NCBI GenBank assembly: GCA_040954595.2
Contig: CM082590.2
Span: 8,619,764 to 8,683,763 of the forward strand
From: Balanoglossus misakiensis
Lineage: Eukaryota > Animalia > Hemichordata
DNA: 64,000 bases
Reading direction: 5' to 3'
The position numbers were made by a program, and so were the translations under genes. Under the pieces are notes generated by a model, which was not told the origin of the DNA, searched no databases, and was given only the letters and a program-made list of their open reading frames with translations. Of this stretch, positions 1 through 11,289 are shown piece after piece. Each line of letters starts with the position of its first letter. The first letter of the stretch is position 1.

Positions 1-1680
1 TTTTTGCCTTTATTTGATTCTGCTTTGTTTCAGGATGACCGTACTAGTCACTTCTATTTTTTATACTATTTTAAAATATTTGTCTATTTTGTGTTTGGCT
101 TCAATTAACAGAGTGTGTGTTGTTTGTTTATGTCTGTATGGGATTGTGAGCTTTCTAGAAAATGGGAGTGTACTGTGGATGTAGTTCGAAGCCAAACACA
201 GGCTGTAATAACTTATGTTTCTCACAGTTTTGTTTGTTTTTATTAACAGGATGAAAATGATATTTCCTTGGTAACCTAGGTTTTCAAAGTTTGGATTGAT
301 ATGCTCGAAACAGCAGTCAGAAACCATGGATACGGACCATGAATGGAAAAGGTGAGAACAGTTGACTTCATTGACTTCTCAGTTTCCTTACTCTCATGCA
401 ACTGATAACAGCATTGATCATAAAGATGAGGTTACTGATTTTACTGAAAGGAGATCAACTAATTCTTGCATAAGACAGAATTTACCATAGTGCATTACTT
501 TTCATCGAGACTGGTTTCTAACCTGGCTTTTTGCCTTTATTTGATTCTGCTTTGTTTCAGGATGACCGTACTAGTCACTTCTATTTTTTATACTATTTTA
601 AAATATTTGTCTATTTTGTGTTTGGCTTCAATTAACAGAGTGTGTGTTGTTTGTTTATGTCTGTATGGGATTGTGAGCTTTCTAGAAAATGGGAGTGTAC
701 TGTGGATGTAGTTCGAAGCCAAACACAGGCTGTAATGTCTTATGATTCTCACAGTTTTGTTTGTTTTTATTAACAGGATGAAAATGATATTTCCTTGGTA
801 ACCTAGGTTTTCAAAGTTTGGATTGATATGCTCGAAACAGCAGTCAGAAACCATGGATACGGACCATGAATGGAAAAGGTGAGAACAGTTGACTTCATTG
901 ACTTCTCAGTTTCCTTACTCTCATGCAACTGATAACATTATTGATAGACAAAGATGAGGTTACTGATTTTACTGAAAGGAGATCAACTAATTCTTGCATA
1001 AGACAGAATTTACCATAGTGCATTACTTTTCATCGAGACTGGTTTCTAACCTGGCTTTTTGCCTTTATTTGATTCTGCTTTGTTTCAGGATGACCGTACT
1101 AGTCACTTCTATTTTTTATACTATTTTAAAATATTTGTCTATTTTGTGTTTGGCTTCAATTAACAGAGTGTGTGTTGTTTGTTTATGTCTGTATGGGATT
1201 GTGAGCTTTCTAGAAAATGGGAGTGTAGTGTACTATGGATATAGTTCGGAGCCAAACACAGGCTGTAATAACTTATGATTCTCACAGTTTTGTTTGTTTT
1301 TATTAACAGGATGATAATGATATCACCTTGGTAACCTAGATTTGGATTGACATGCTCCAAACACTTAGTCAGAAACCATGGATACACGGACCATGAATGG
1401 AAAAGGTGAGAACAGTTGACTTCATTGACTTCTCAGTTTCCTTACTCTCATGCAACTGATAACAGCATTGATAGACAAAGATGAGAATATTGATTTTAGT
1501 GAAAGCCTATCAAACAATTCTTGAATGACTCCAAGAAGAGATATTTCTGATAGTGTTTTGTGAATTCAAACATTGAGACATTGTTTTTCTAACCTGGCTT
1601 TTTGCCTTTATTTGGTTCTGTCTGCTTTCTTTCAGGATGAACACACTTGTCACTTCTATTTTTTATACTTTTTATTATAT
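1..1680. repeat. Tandem repeat, ~527-bp unit, ~3 copies plus a diverged partial fourth (array continues off the window start)
   Basis: tttttgcctttatttgattctgc recurs at 1, 528 and 1056, and degenerately at ~1599. The near-identical short ORFs at 61/588 and 466/994 follow this period. Confidence 0.95.
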
Positions 1681-2179
1681 CGATTTATGGTTATCTTTAT
1701 TGAAAATTGTGAAATGAAAATCACAAATTTTCCATGCCGAACTGAATTGTAATATAATGTGACTGGTATGTTTTTTTTCACAGGTATGAGATGTTCGTTT
1801 GAGCTGATGTGTGGGCCGTCCACATTCCAGACCTGAGTACCTTGTACACCACATCGTAGAACAGAGCTGCTCAGTTTGAATTTGTGATTGACATCATGAA
1901 TAAACAGTCAGACAGCCAAGTCCTTAGTTGCATATTGGCAGTCAACAGATAAGAGAACTGTTTCTGTCTAAAATGTATAAGACACACTCAAAAATAAATT
2001 ACAAACACTTGCACATGATTTGAAAATGTTGAATTGTTTGGAAAATAAAGATTGCTACTTTTGGGGGTGGTCGTATTTACAGAGTTGTACTTTTGAGCTG
2101 TATTTTCAACATGGCTCACTATGTTGGACATCTGCAAGCCTCGAGAAAATAAACACATTTCGACTGTCAGGCAGACATG

Positions 2180-3290
2180 TAGTTAGTGAATGACAATGTG
2201 AGCTGTAGCCCCCTAGTCATCAAGCAACCCTCCCCCTCTCCCACTACATTAGTGAATGATAATGTGAGGTGAGCTATAGCCCCCTAGTCATCAAGCAGCC
2301 CTCCCCCTCCCCCACTACATTAGTGAATAACAATGTGAGGTGAGCTATATCCCCCTAGTCATCAAAGAAAATGAACAAATTTTGACTGTTGGGCATTCAT
2401 GTAGTTAGTGAATGACGATGTGAGCTATAGCCCCCTAGTCATCAAGCAACCCTCCCCATCTCCCACTACATTAGTGAATGATAATGTGAGGTGAGCTATA
2501 GCCCCCTAGTCATCAAGTACCCCTCCCCTCCCCCACTACATTAGTGAATGACAATGTGAGCTATAGCCCCCTAGTCATCAAGCAACTCTCCCCCTCTCCC
2601 ACTACCTTAGTGAATGATAATGTGAGGTGAGCTATATCCCCCTAGTCATCAAGTACCCCTCCCCTCCCCCACTACATTAGTGAATGATAATGTGAGGTGA
2701 GCTATAGCCCCCTAGTCATCAAGTACCCCTCCCCTCCCCCACTACCTTAGTGAATGATAATGTGAGGTGAGCTATAGCCCCCTAGTCATCAAGTACCCCT
2801 CCCCTCCCCCACTACCTTAGTGAATGATAATGTGAGGTGAGCTATAGCCCCCTAGTCATTAAAGAAAATTAACAAATTTTGACTGTCAGGCAGACATGTA
2901 GTTAGTGAATGATAATGTGAGCTATATCCCCTAGTCATCAAGCAACCCTCCCCCTCTCCCACTACATTAGTGAATGATAATGTGAGGTGAGCTATAGCCC
3001 CCTAGTCATCAAGTACCCCTCCCCTCCCCCACTACATTAGTGAATGACAATGTGAGCTATAGCCCCCTAGTCATCAAGCAACTCTCCCACTACATTAGTG
3101 AATGTGAGGTGAGCTATATCCCCCTAGTCATCAAGTACCCCTCCCCTCCCCCACTACATTAGTGAATGACAATGTGAGCTATAGCCCCCTTGTCATCAAG
3201 CACCCCTCCCCCTCCCCCACTACATTAGTGAATGACAATGTGAGGTTAGCTATAGCCCCATGGTCATCAAGCACCCCTCCCCCTCCCCCT
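2180..3290. repeat. Minisatellite, 65-70-bp unit
   Basis: Unit gctatagccccctagtcatcaagtacccctcccctcccccactacattagtgaatgataatgtgaggtga (e.g. 2701, 2771, 2841). Some copies lack gtgag. A longer variant with aaagaaaa..ttttgactgtcaggcagacatgtag interrupts at ~2365 and ~2860. Confidence 0.95.
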
Positions 3291-3758
3291 GATCCGTATG
3301 AAGCTGGCCAATGACCTGTCTAATGTAGGTTGTGATTAGGCCAAATAATTAAAGAAATTGTGTTTCATTTGTGGTCAAATTTCTAGAGTCAAAATAAATT
3401 AGGGGTGGTCAAATTATTACAGCAGTCAAATTACAGGAATATTTACAGCAGTTTAATTTTTCTCCAGAGACCATTTACGGTGATGTTGGTCTATCATTCA
3501 TAATTTAGGATGCTTACCCCAATTTTTTTTTCAAATTTTTAAAAGAAAATTATTTAAAGTTGCCTTGAATAAAAAGAAAATTTTCAGAGGTGAATTCTAC
3601 TTTAAAACTTTTAAATTATATTCAAACAGGGGACCAGCTTAGAAAGTGGTATTCATTTGCCTCATGAAGTTTTCATTTACTTGATTGGGGGATAGTAATG
3701 AAATAAAATACTTGTATGAGATGATTGTTTAGTGAAGTGTTCATAGTAGCAACATTAA

Positions 3759-4157
3759 AGCCCCAGTAGCTGCCATTCTTAATGATTTTAGTGATAGTTA
3801 TGCAGAATATTAGCAACCTTTGATTCTGGCCGTTCATTTTGGAATGTGAATTAAATTATAAATGCATGGCAACATTAAGGCCAAGTAGCTGCCATTCTTA
3901 ATGATTTTAGTGATAGGTACGCACAATAATATTAGCAACCTCTGATTCTGGCCTTTCATTTGGAATGTGAATTAAATTATAAATGCATGCCACACCCATT
4001 TATTAAGCCAACCATTGCAAGTGTTTACATCTATCATAGTGTGTGCACATGGGTGTTAGAATCACCAGCAAGTCGGAATGACGCTGTTTGTTGACTAAGG
4101 GTGAGGAGATTAAGTTATTTCATAGATTAAAAAATAAAATTAGCAGCTATTGGGGCT
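3759..4157. mobile_element. Non-autonomous DNA transposon (Kolobok-like MITE) with internal ~120-bp duplication
   Basis: TTAA at 3755-3758 and 4158-4161 flank the terminal inverted repeats agccccagtagctgc / gcagctattggggct. Purine-purine ends with a TTAA target duplication match the Kolobok pattern. The left ~120 bp is repeated at ~3870-3990. Confidence 0.7.
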
Positions 4158-5114
4158 TTAATTCTTGATATGAATGTGTACACTATTAAGGATCTCAGCT
4201 CACATGATATTGAGGGCGTTGCTTATAAGGAATGCATTGACCAATTTTTATAAAGAAATACATGCTTTTCCCTTTGATTACCTAAATGAGAATGTACCCA
4301 GGAAATTATCTGTATGCAGGGCAACTGAAACACAGTACAGTACCAAGGCTATGATGTAGAGAAAAACAGTCAGATTGTAAATGAACGTGTTTTTATTGAA
4401 ATAAATATGACATTGAATTGACAATTAAATGTCTCTGGAAAATTATTGTCACAAGTCCCCCCCCCCCCCCACACTTCCTTTGTTAATATCACCACCACCG
4501 TGACTAACACCCTTACACGACCAAGGCTATGGGGTGACTAACCCTTTGGCAATATATTTTACCAAAATTATTAAAACTGAGAAACAACTAAAGTATTTTG
4601 AAAAACTTTTCTGGCCATGTTTAGTACTTTGATTTTCTGTGCAATAAAAGTCTTGGAAGAAGACTTTTCAAATTACAGAACTTTAATTTGATTTCCAAAT
4701 AAAGTAGCTGGTATGCATGGTCTTAATGTTCAAAGCATCTTAAACCGGTTAAATTTAATATTTTATTACAATGCAGTTTCATAATAGTTATTATAATTGC
4801 CAAAAAACTGTTTATTTGAGGTATAGTATCTCCACTGGACATGTTCATATCACTGGTCAGTGTCCTTCACAGCGCCCTCTAGAGGGGCCTTTTCCCAAAT
4901 ACAGCTGCACTATCGCTCTCGGAAATGTTCCGATTTTGAAAGTAACCCGCAAAAAACATATATCTGTCTATCGAATTTACTTAACCATCGTAGTAACGGA
5001 TAAATCAGCTCCGTCTCCTTGTAACACAGCCAAAAAAGAAATGTTTAAACATCGAACAAGGCAATCTTATAGTCCATTAAGTTATTAGTTAGTTTTCATG
5101 CAAATTATGCAAAT

Positions 5115-5199
5115 GACTATGTGGCGTTGTGGCTAGAGTGAATGCCCCTGGTGCGAGAGGTCACGAGTTCGAATCCCAGGAGGGATTCCTTTTTTTTTT
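5115..5199 (+). pseudogene. tRNA-Pro-derived Pol III-like unit (degenerate)
   Basis: A-box-like tggcgttgtgg, a tRNA-Pro-like ggtgcgagaggtc segment, B-box gagttcgaatcc and an oligo-T tract. Acceptor and anticodon stems do not pair. Confidence 0.6.
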
Positions 5200-5719
5200 C
5201 TAGAGTATAGACGGAGGTTTCCATTCGGTCTTCTTCTGTATTATGATTTCCAAATAAAGTAATAGATAAAACAAGCGGTTTTAATGTTCAAACCATCTAT
5301 TAGTCTTTCGTTATTTATAATTGCCAAAATACGGTGTTATGAAATGGCGCAGCCAAAGCCATGTTTCGCTAAATTTGCTGAAGACTGGTATTTGACGGAC
5401 ATCGTGCACAGTGCCCTCTGGAGATGCTTCCCCCCCCCCCCCCAAGAAGACAGAATAGGGGATCAAGTATGACCTTTGACTCTGACTTCTGGGACTCTGT
5501 TGCGTTGCCGAAACACAGCCACGCTAGCGCCCTTAGAAATAGGTTTTTTGATAGTATCGCACAAACTACAGACATCTTTCTATCGAGTTTATTCTACCAT
5601 GGAAGTTACGGGCTGTAAATAAGCCCGTTCTCATCGTAGCGTGCCGAAAATAACTTAAGTAAACCACCAAGAACATAGTCTATAGGTTATATCTTAGTAT
5701 TCATGCAAATTATGCAAAT

Positions 5720-5805
5720 GACTATGTGGCGTACTGGCTAGAGCGATTGGCTATGGTGCGAGAGGTCCCGGGTTCGATTCCCGGCAGGGATTTATTTATT
5801 TTTTT
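5720..5805 (+). pseudogene. tRNA-Pro-derived Pol III-like unit (degenerate)
   Basis: ggtgcgagaggtcccgggttcgattcccgg closely matches the 3' half of metazoan tRNA-Pro. T-arm intact, acceptor stem broken, followed by a T-run. Confidence 0.65.
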
Positions 5806-6263
5806 CTATGGTAGATTGATGTCGATGACCACTGCATCTCACGTGACTACGAAGACGCTCATTATAGTCTCATATTCCTTCCACTTAGTCTTTTTCCCCG
5901 TGACGTCATTGCACCTGGATTACGTATACAGTACATTTACATGCGACTGTCATGTGACTGACTAGTTGTAGATACCGTCTCTAGAGAGCGCTGTGCGTGA
6001 CCTTTAGCCTTCTGTGACGTGTGACTTGACCCAAACACAGGCGCGCTAAAGCCCTTAGAAAAATGCGTGTTTTCGACAGTAAAGTACAAAGTATGAACAT
6101 CTTACTATTGAATTAACGTAACCACCAACAGTATTGACCGAAAACAAGCTCATTTTTACTTTAGCAAGTCAAAAAGTACTTGCTTTTACGGGATCGAGCT
6201 ACCTTGTTTACATTCAATTACGTTGTGGCATTCATAACTTAGTTGTTTGATCATCCATATAAA

Positions 6264-6346
6264 CATTAGCGTGGCCTAGTGGTCAGGGCCATGGCCTGCC
6301 ACGCAGCGGACCCGGGTTCGAGCCCCGGCAAAAGTGGCCTTTTTTT
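6264..6346 (+). pseudogene. tRNA-Gly(GCC)-derived Pol III-like unit (degenerate)
   Basis: A box tggcctagtgg, Gly-like anticodon arm gcctgccacgc, T-arm ccggg-ttcgagc-cccgg and a T7 terminator at 6340-6346. Acceptor stem poorly paired. Confidence 0.65.
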
Positions 6347-6556
6347 CAACCAAAGGCCAAGGACTTGGTACTTTGATCTAGTTTTTTTCCCTTTTTTTCT
6401 CTCTTAAAACAGGAATATTCTCCTTTTATTTACTCTACCATGAATTAGAAGCTGTAAAAACCATTTTTTTATCGAAAAATTGGCTCTAAATCCTTTTCCT
6501 AGGTTATTAGTAAGTGATGTGACCAATATATAGAAGTTCCGAGCATATGTTTGCAT

Positions 6557-6631
6557 GCAGCTCCGTGGCCTAGTGGTCAAGGTAAGTGACTAGCAATTGG
6601 AAGGACGCGAGATCAAGACCCGCTGGAGGTG
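6557..6631 (+). pseudogene. Highly degenerate tRNA-like unit
   Basis: Same A box (gtggcctagtggtca) as the 6264 unit, acceptor-like pairing cagctccg/tggaggtg and a decayed B box gagatcaagacc. Confidence 0.45.
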
Positions 6632-6931
6632 GACATGGTGCACATGGAGAAGACTGGACGTGGATGGAACTTGGACACAGGATGAAGATTTGCAGGTAAG
6701 TCGAAACATAGGGGAGGGGTCATGCATCAGGGGTCAATCAAAGGGGGGGGAGATCATACACCAGGGATAGATAGAGGGGGGAGGCCATGCAACGAGGGGA
6801 GACACAGGGAGGGGGGCATGCATCAGGTAGAAAGGAAGAGAGGGAGGGAGACAAGACGAGGAGGAGAGAGAGGAGCGAGAGACAAAAAATTTTCCCCAAA
6901 AATTTTTTCCAGCTTTTTTTTTTTTATTTTT

Positions 6932-7657
6932 GTGATTTCAAATTTTTTTTTTTCTGGATGAAATTTATCAGTTGCTCTTCACACTGTTTGCACTGTATTT
7001 TGGCAGTGCAACCTTCAATTTTACAGATTTTCACAATAATTTCATTGCTTTTTGCTCTTTTAATGGTTTAAATGACCTTAAATTGGTAAGAATTGGGTAT
7101 TTTAGTGATCGAAATGGCTATTTTGGTGAAAATAGTGAAAAAGGGATGTAAATTTGGAACTTTAATGGTTAAAATGACCTTAAATTGGTAAGAAATGGGT
7201 ATTTTAGTGATCGAAATGGCTATTTTGGTGAAAATAGTGAAAAGGGCATGTAAATTTGGAACTTTAATGGTTAAAATGACCTTAAATTGGTAAGAATTGG
7301 GTATTTTAGTGATCGAAATGGCTTTTTTGGTGAAAATAATGAAAATTACATGTAATTTTGGACAAAACAGCTATTTCGGTGGAAGAAATAGCAATTTCGG
7401 ATAAAATAATGAAAAAAAAAACATTAAATTTGGTAAGAAATGCCTATTTTGGTGAAAGAAATGCCTGAAAATATCTGTAATTTTGAAAGAATTGCCTATT
7501 TTGTTAAAAATAATAGATTTTTAGCTGATAAAACAGCTAAAGCAATGAAAATATTGTGAAAAATTATAAAATTAAAGGTTGAATTGTAAAAATACAATTC
7601 ACGCAGTGTTAACGAGCAACTGATAAATTTCATTTGAAAAAAAAATATTGAAATCAG
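6932..7657. mobile_element. Fold-back element: ~125-bp imperfect inverted repeats enclosing 102-bp tandem repeats
   Basis: ~6932-7058 is the imperfect reverse complement of ~7529-7657 (shared atgaaatttatcagttgctc). The internal unit tttaatggtt..gaccttaaattggtaagaa starts at 7059, 7161 and 7263. Confidence 0.65.
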
Positions 7658-7687
7658 AAAAATAAACTCCACTCTCTTTATACCATA

Positions 7688-7812
7688 CACTGTAAGAGAT
7701 ACTTTGTATTTTACAATCTTTAAAAAAAAAGTTAAAGTATAAACGCATTACAAGTTTTACTCTTTACGGTAATCATTTACAGATTGTAAAAGCAAAGTTA
7801 TCTTTTACAGAA
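7688..7812. mobile_element. Small CACTG-ended (CMC/EnSpm-like) MITE remnant
   Basis: cactgtaagagatactttg..ttttacaatct is mirrored by agattgtaaaagcaaagttatcttttacag. Confidence 0.45.
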
Positions 7813-8254
7813 CACACTCAGAAACTCACAACGTGACAACTAGATGTAAATTGTTTTTCAGCTTTTAATCACTATGGTAGCCAAGAAATAAATTAGGTAC
7901 AAGTCTAGAGCTAATTAATTCAAAAAATCAAGTTTCCAAATCATACTCAGTAAAATTTGTGCATTTTCGCGGAAGTCAAGTAAGCGCAGGTCAGGTTTAA
8001 ACTCTATAAAAGCCTCTTAAACAGAAAACTACGCAAAATAACAAAGCTAACGTGAGTTACAACTTCAGGCAAAACTTTGAATGCATCTCACACTAAGTCT
8101 GTCTATGTACTGCGCATGCGCACCAACTTACATGCTAAAGTATAGGGCAACCAACACACGTGGGAAAGCGTCTATCACTAAGTGCGTCTCTGTACTGCGC
8201 ATGCGCACCAACTATCACCTCCACTGAAATTGACAACACGGAAGTAAACACGCT

Positions 8255-10520
8255 AAGTATAGGGCATCCAACACACGCGGAAAACGGCGATTAAATTTCT
8301 GGCGAAGTGGCTAGGTCTTGTACTTTAGTGGAAATGAAGCGTATACACATAGGGCTGTATTGCAGTTCACAATAAATCTTTGGGAAACTTTGGATTCTAC
8401 TCGAAATTTCACTTCAATCGGCGATCGGCGCTGGTGGTCAGCGACGCGTGTAATCCTATGGAGTCGGCCGCCGCTATCAACACGCATAAACAGTGGCACA
8501 TGAAATTTCGTTTGCAGAAATGGCGAAGTACTCAGTCGATTTTCTCAGTTTTTTGCTAACCATACTTCTTAACATCAAAACAAATCGAATGGTGATAACT
8601 GCACAAACATTTACGAGTTCTGTCTGAATTAAACAGCGAGTTTTCGTGAGTATTGCCACTGGTAAATAAAGGGGGCGTGTCACTGTGGATATTGATAAAC
8701 AATGGACAGCGTTGAGATACGCGAAGTCGGGCAGCCAACAACACACGCGGAAAAACGGCGATTTCTTTTCTTGAGAAGTTGCTAGGTCTTGTACTTTAGT
8801 AAAAATGACACGTATACACATAGAGTTATGTTGTAGTTCACAATAAATATTGGGAAAATATTGGATTCTACTGGAAATTTCACTTCAATCGGCGATCGGC
8901 GCTGGTGATCAGCGACGGTGACGCGTGTACGTGTAATCCTATGGAGACAGAGTCGGCCGTCGCTATCAACACGCAAACAGCGGCACATTAAATTTCGATT
9001 ACAGAAGAAGCAAAGAACTCTAGCCCTTAGTCTTTACATTTTTTCGAAAGGATTATTGCAGGGACCTAACTTTGACATAAAAAATAGAGTCAGGAACCAG
9101 AAATATTTTGAGTGAAAGTGACTTTAAATACGCGGATTTTCAACAACAGTATCATGGACGTCCATGATAGGAACACGGCCGCTGACGAGAGGTCGAAAGA
9201 ACGCGTCACCGATTGCTCAAATCTCTCTCGATTTCCCAAGTTTTTGCTTTTAAGTCTCATTTAAATCAAAACAAAGCGATTGGTGATAATTTCGCACACA
9301 TTTACAGCTTCGGTCTGAATTAAACAGCGAGTTTTCGTGAGTATTGCCACTGGTAAATAAAGGGGGCGTGTCACTGTGGACATTGATAAACAATGGACAC
9401 CGCGTGTATTGAAATACGCTAAGTCGGGAAACCAACATCACACACAGAAAACCAGCGATTTCATTTCTGGAGAAGTTGCTAGAGCTTGTACTTTAAGTTA
9501 CATGAAGTGTATATATATCGGACATATTGTAGTTCAGGAAATATCATAGGGAAACATTGGTTTCTACAGGAAATTTCACTTCAATCGGCGATCGGCGCTG
9601 ATGATCAGCGACGGTGGACGCGTGTAATCCTATGGAGACAGAGTCAGTCGCCGCTATCAACACGCAAACAGTGGCACATTACATTTCGATTACAGAAGAA
9701 GCAAAGAACTCTAGCCCTAGTGATAATTTCGCACACATTTACAGCTTCGGTCTGAATTAAACAGCGAGTTTTCGTGAGTATTGCCACTGGTAAATAAAGG
9801 GGGCGTGTCACTGTGGACATTGATAAACAATGGACACCGCGTGTATTGAAATACGCTAAGTCGGGAAACCAACATCACACACAGAAAACCAGCGATTTCA
9901 TTTCTGGAGAAGTTGCTAGAGCTTGTACTTTAAGTTACATGAAGTGTATATATATCGGACATATTGTAGTTCAGGAAATATCATAGGGAAACATTGGTTT
10001 CTACAGGAAATTTCACTTCAATCGGCGATCGGCGCTGATGATCAGCGACGGTGGACGCGTGTAATCCTATGGAGACAGAGTCAGTCGCCGCTATCAACAC
10101 GCAAACAGTGGCACATTACATTTCGATTACAGAAGAAGCAAAGAACTCTAGCCCTTAGTCTTTACATTTTTTCGAAAGGATTATTGCTGGGACCTAACTT
10201 TGACATAAAAAATAGAGTCAGGAACCAGAAATATTTTGAGTGAAAGTGACTTTAAATACGCGGACTTTCAACAACAGTATCAATGGACACCAATGAAATA
10301 AACACGGGCACTCGCACAAGTATGAAAGAAAGCGTCGCCGTTTGCTCAAATCTCTGTCGATTTTCTCAGTTTTTGCTTTTAAAAATTGTTTACATCATCA
10401 CAAATCGATTGGTGATATTTGCGCAAACATTTTCAACTTCAGTCTGAAAGAAACAGCGAGTTTTCGCGAGTATTGCCACTGAGAAATGAAGGGGGTGTGT
10501 CACTGTTGACAATGGACGGG
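8255..10520. repeat. Complex diverged tandem array, ~440-480-bp units with nested duplication
   Basis: Core aaatttcacttcaatcggcgatcggcgctg at ~8405, 8875, 9571 and 10008. The segments ~9283-9719 and 9720-10156 are near-identical (437-bp period). ~10157-10270 repeats ~9025-9150. Confidence 0.9.
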
Positions 10521-11289
10521 TCACCTCAATCATGTCAATTTCTAATCTTCAATACATTTTGAATTTGACCGGATACTTCTATTTTGAATGTTTAGATTGC
10601 AAAAAACACGGTAACTAGAAGGGGAACTGTTGTAGAAATCACGTCAGGAAATTTTGATCTGGCTACAAAGTTTTAAAAGTTGTAAAAACGACAAGAAAGT
10701 AAGTCTATACTGAAAGTTCAACACGGTAGCTGCATAGACAGTGTACATGTCCTTTCATATGTAAATAACCACATAGAGTATTTGGCCTGAGCTCAGCACA
10801 TACAGTTTGATTTTGAAATAAAAGTTTGTCCCAGCATTTCATCAAAAAGGAACAGGAAAATGGTTCTTGGTGTGACATAAACCAAATTAAAATAGTCTAC
10901 TTAGTTTAAGAGATTTTGCATGATTGATTTTAAACAATTTTGCTAACAGCCACTATCCTTTCAAGTTGAAATTATTTTATCTCGACATATTTGTTTTACA
11001 TAAAAGTTAATCAAACTGATTTGCTCAATTTTATGTGGCTGTATTTTTTATTTCAAGTATTATTTTTCTTACATGTTAGCGATAGATATATATTTGTGTA
11101 CATCATGTGCTTTATAATGATTTGAACAGGGAACATTTAGTCCCACATATTTACAACAGGATTGGAATATCCTAGCCTGACAAGCTATTTAATTTTTTTG
11201 AGATATTGGCAAATTGTGAACTTAAATCTATCATTTACATTAACATTACATTTATCTGACGGTACAAGTCTTTATATAAAGATTATTAA

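Noticed and set aside
61-1387. Repeated 75-94-aa ORFs on both strands
   Set aside because: By-products of the 527-bp tandem repeat, with no recognisable domain and inconsistent ends between copies.
2180-3290. CRISPR-like periodicity here and at 43790-44670
   Set aside because: Units are repeated in full with no unique spacers, the context is eukaryotic, and there are no cas genes.
3338-3570. Possible transposon end ttaggccaaat..ttgtgtttc
   Set aside because: No convincing matching inverted end or target duplication found.
5115-6631. Functional tRNA genes
   Set aside because: Acceptor and anticodon stems do not pair, so they are reported as tRNA-derived units instead.
9175-9215. Hammerhead-ribozyme-like ctgacga..gaaa..cgcgtc
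   Set aside because: Stem I cannot pair, and the paralogous copy at ~10305-10340 lacks the core.
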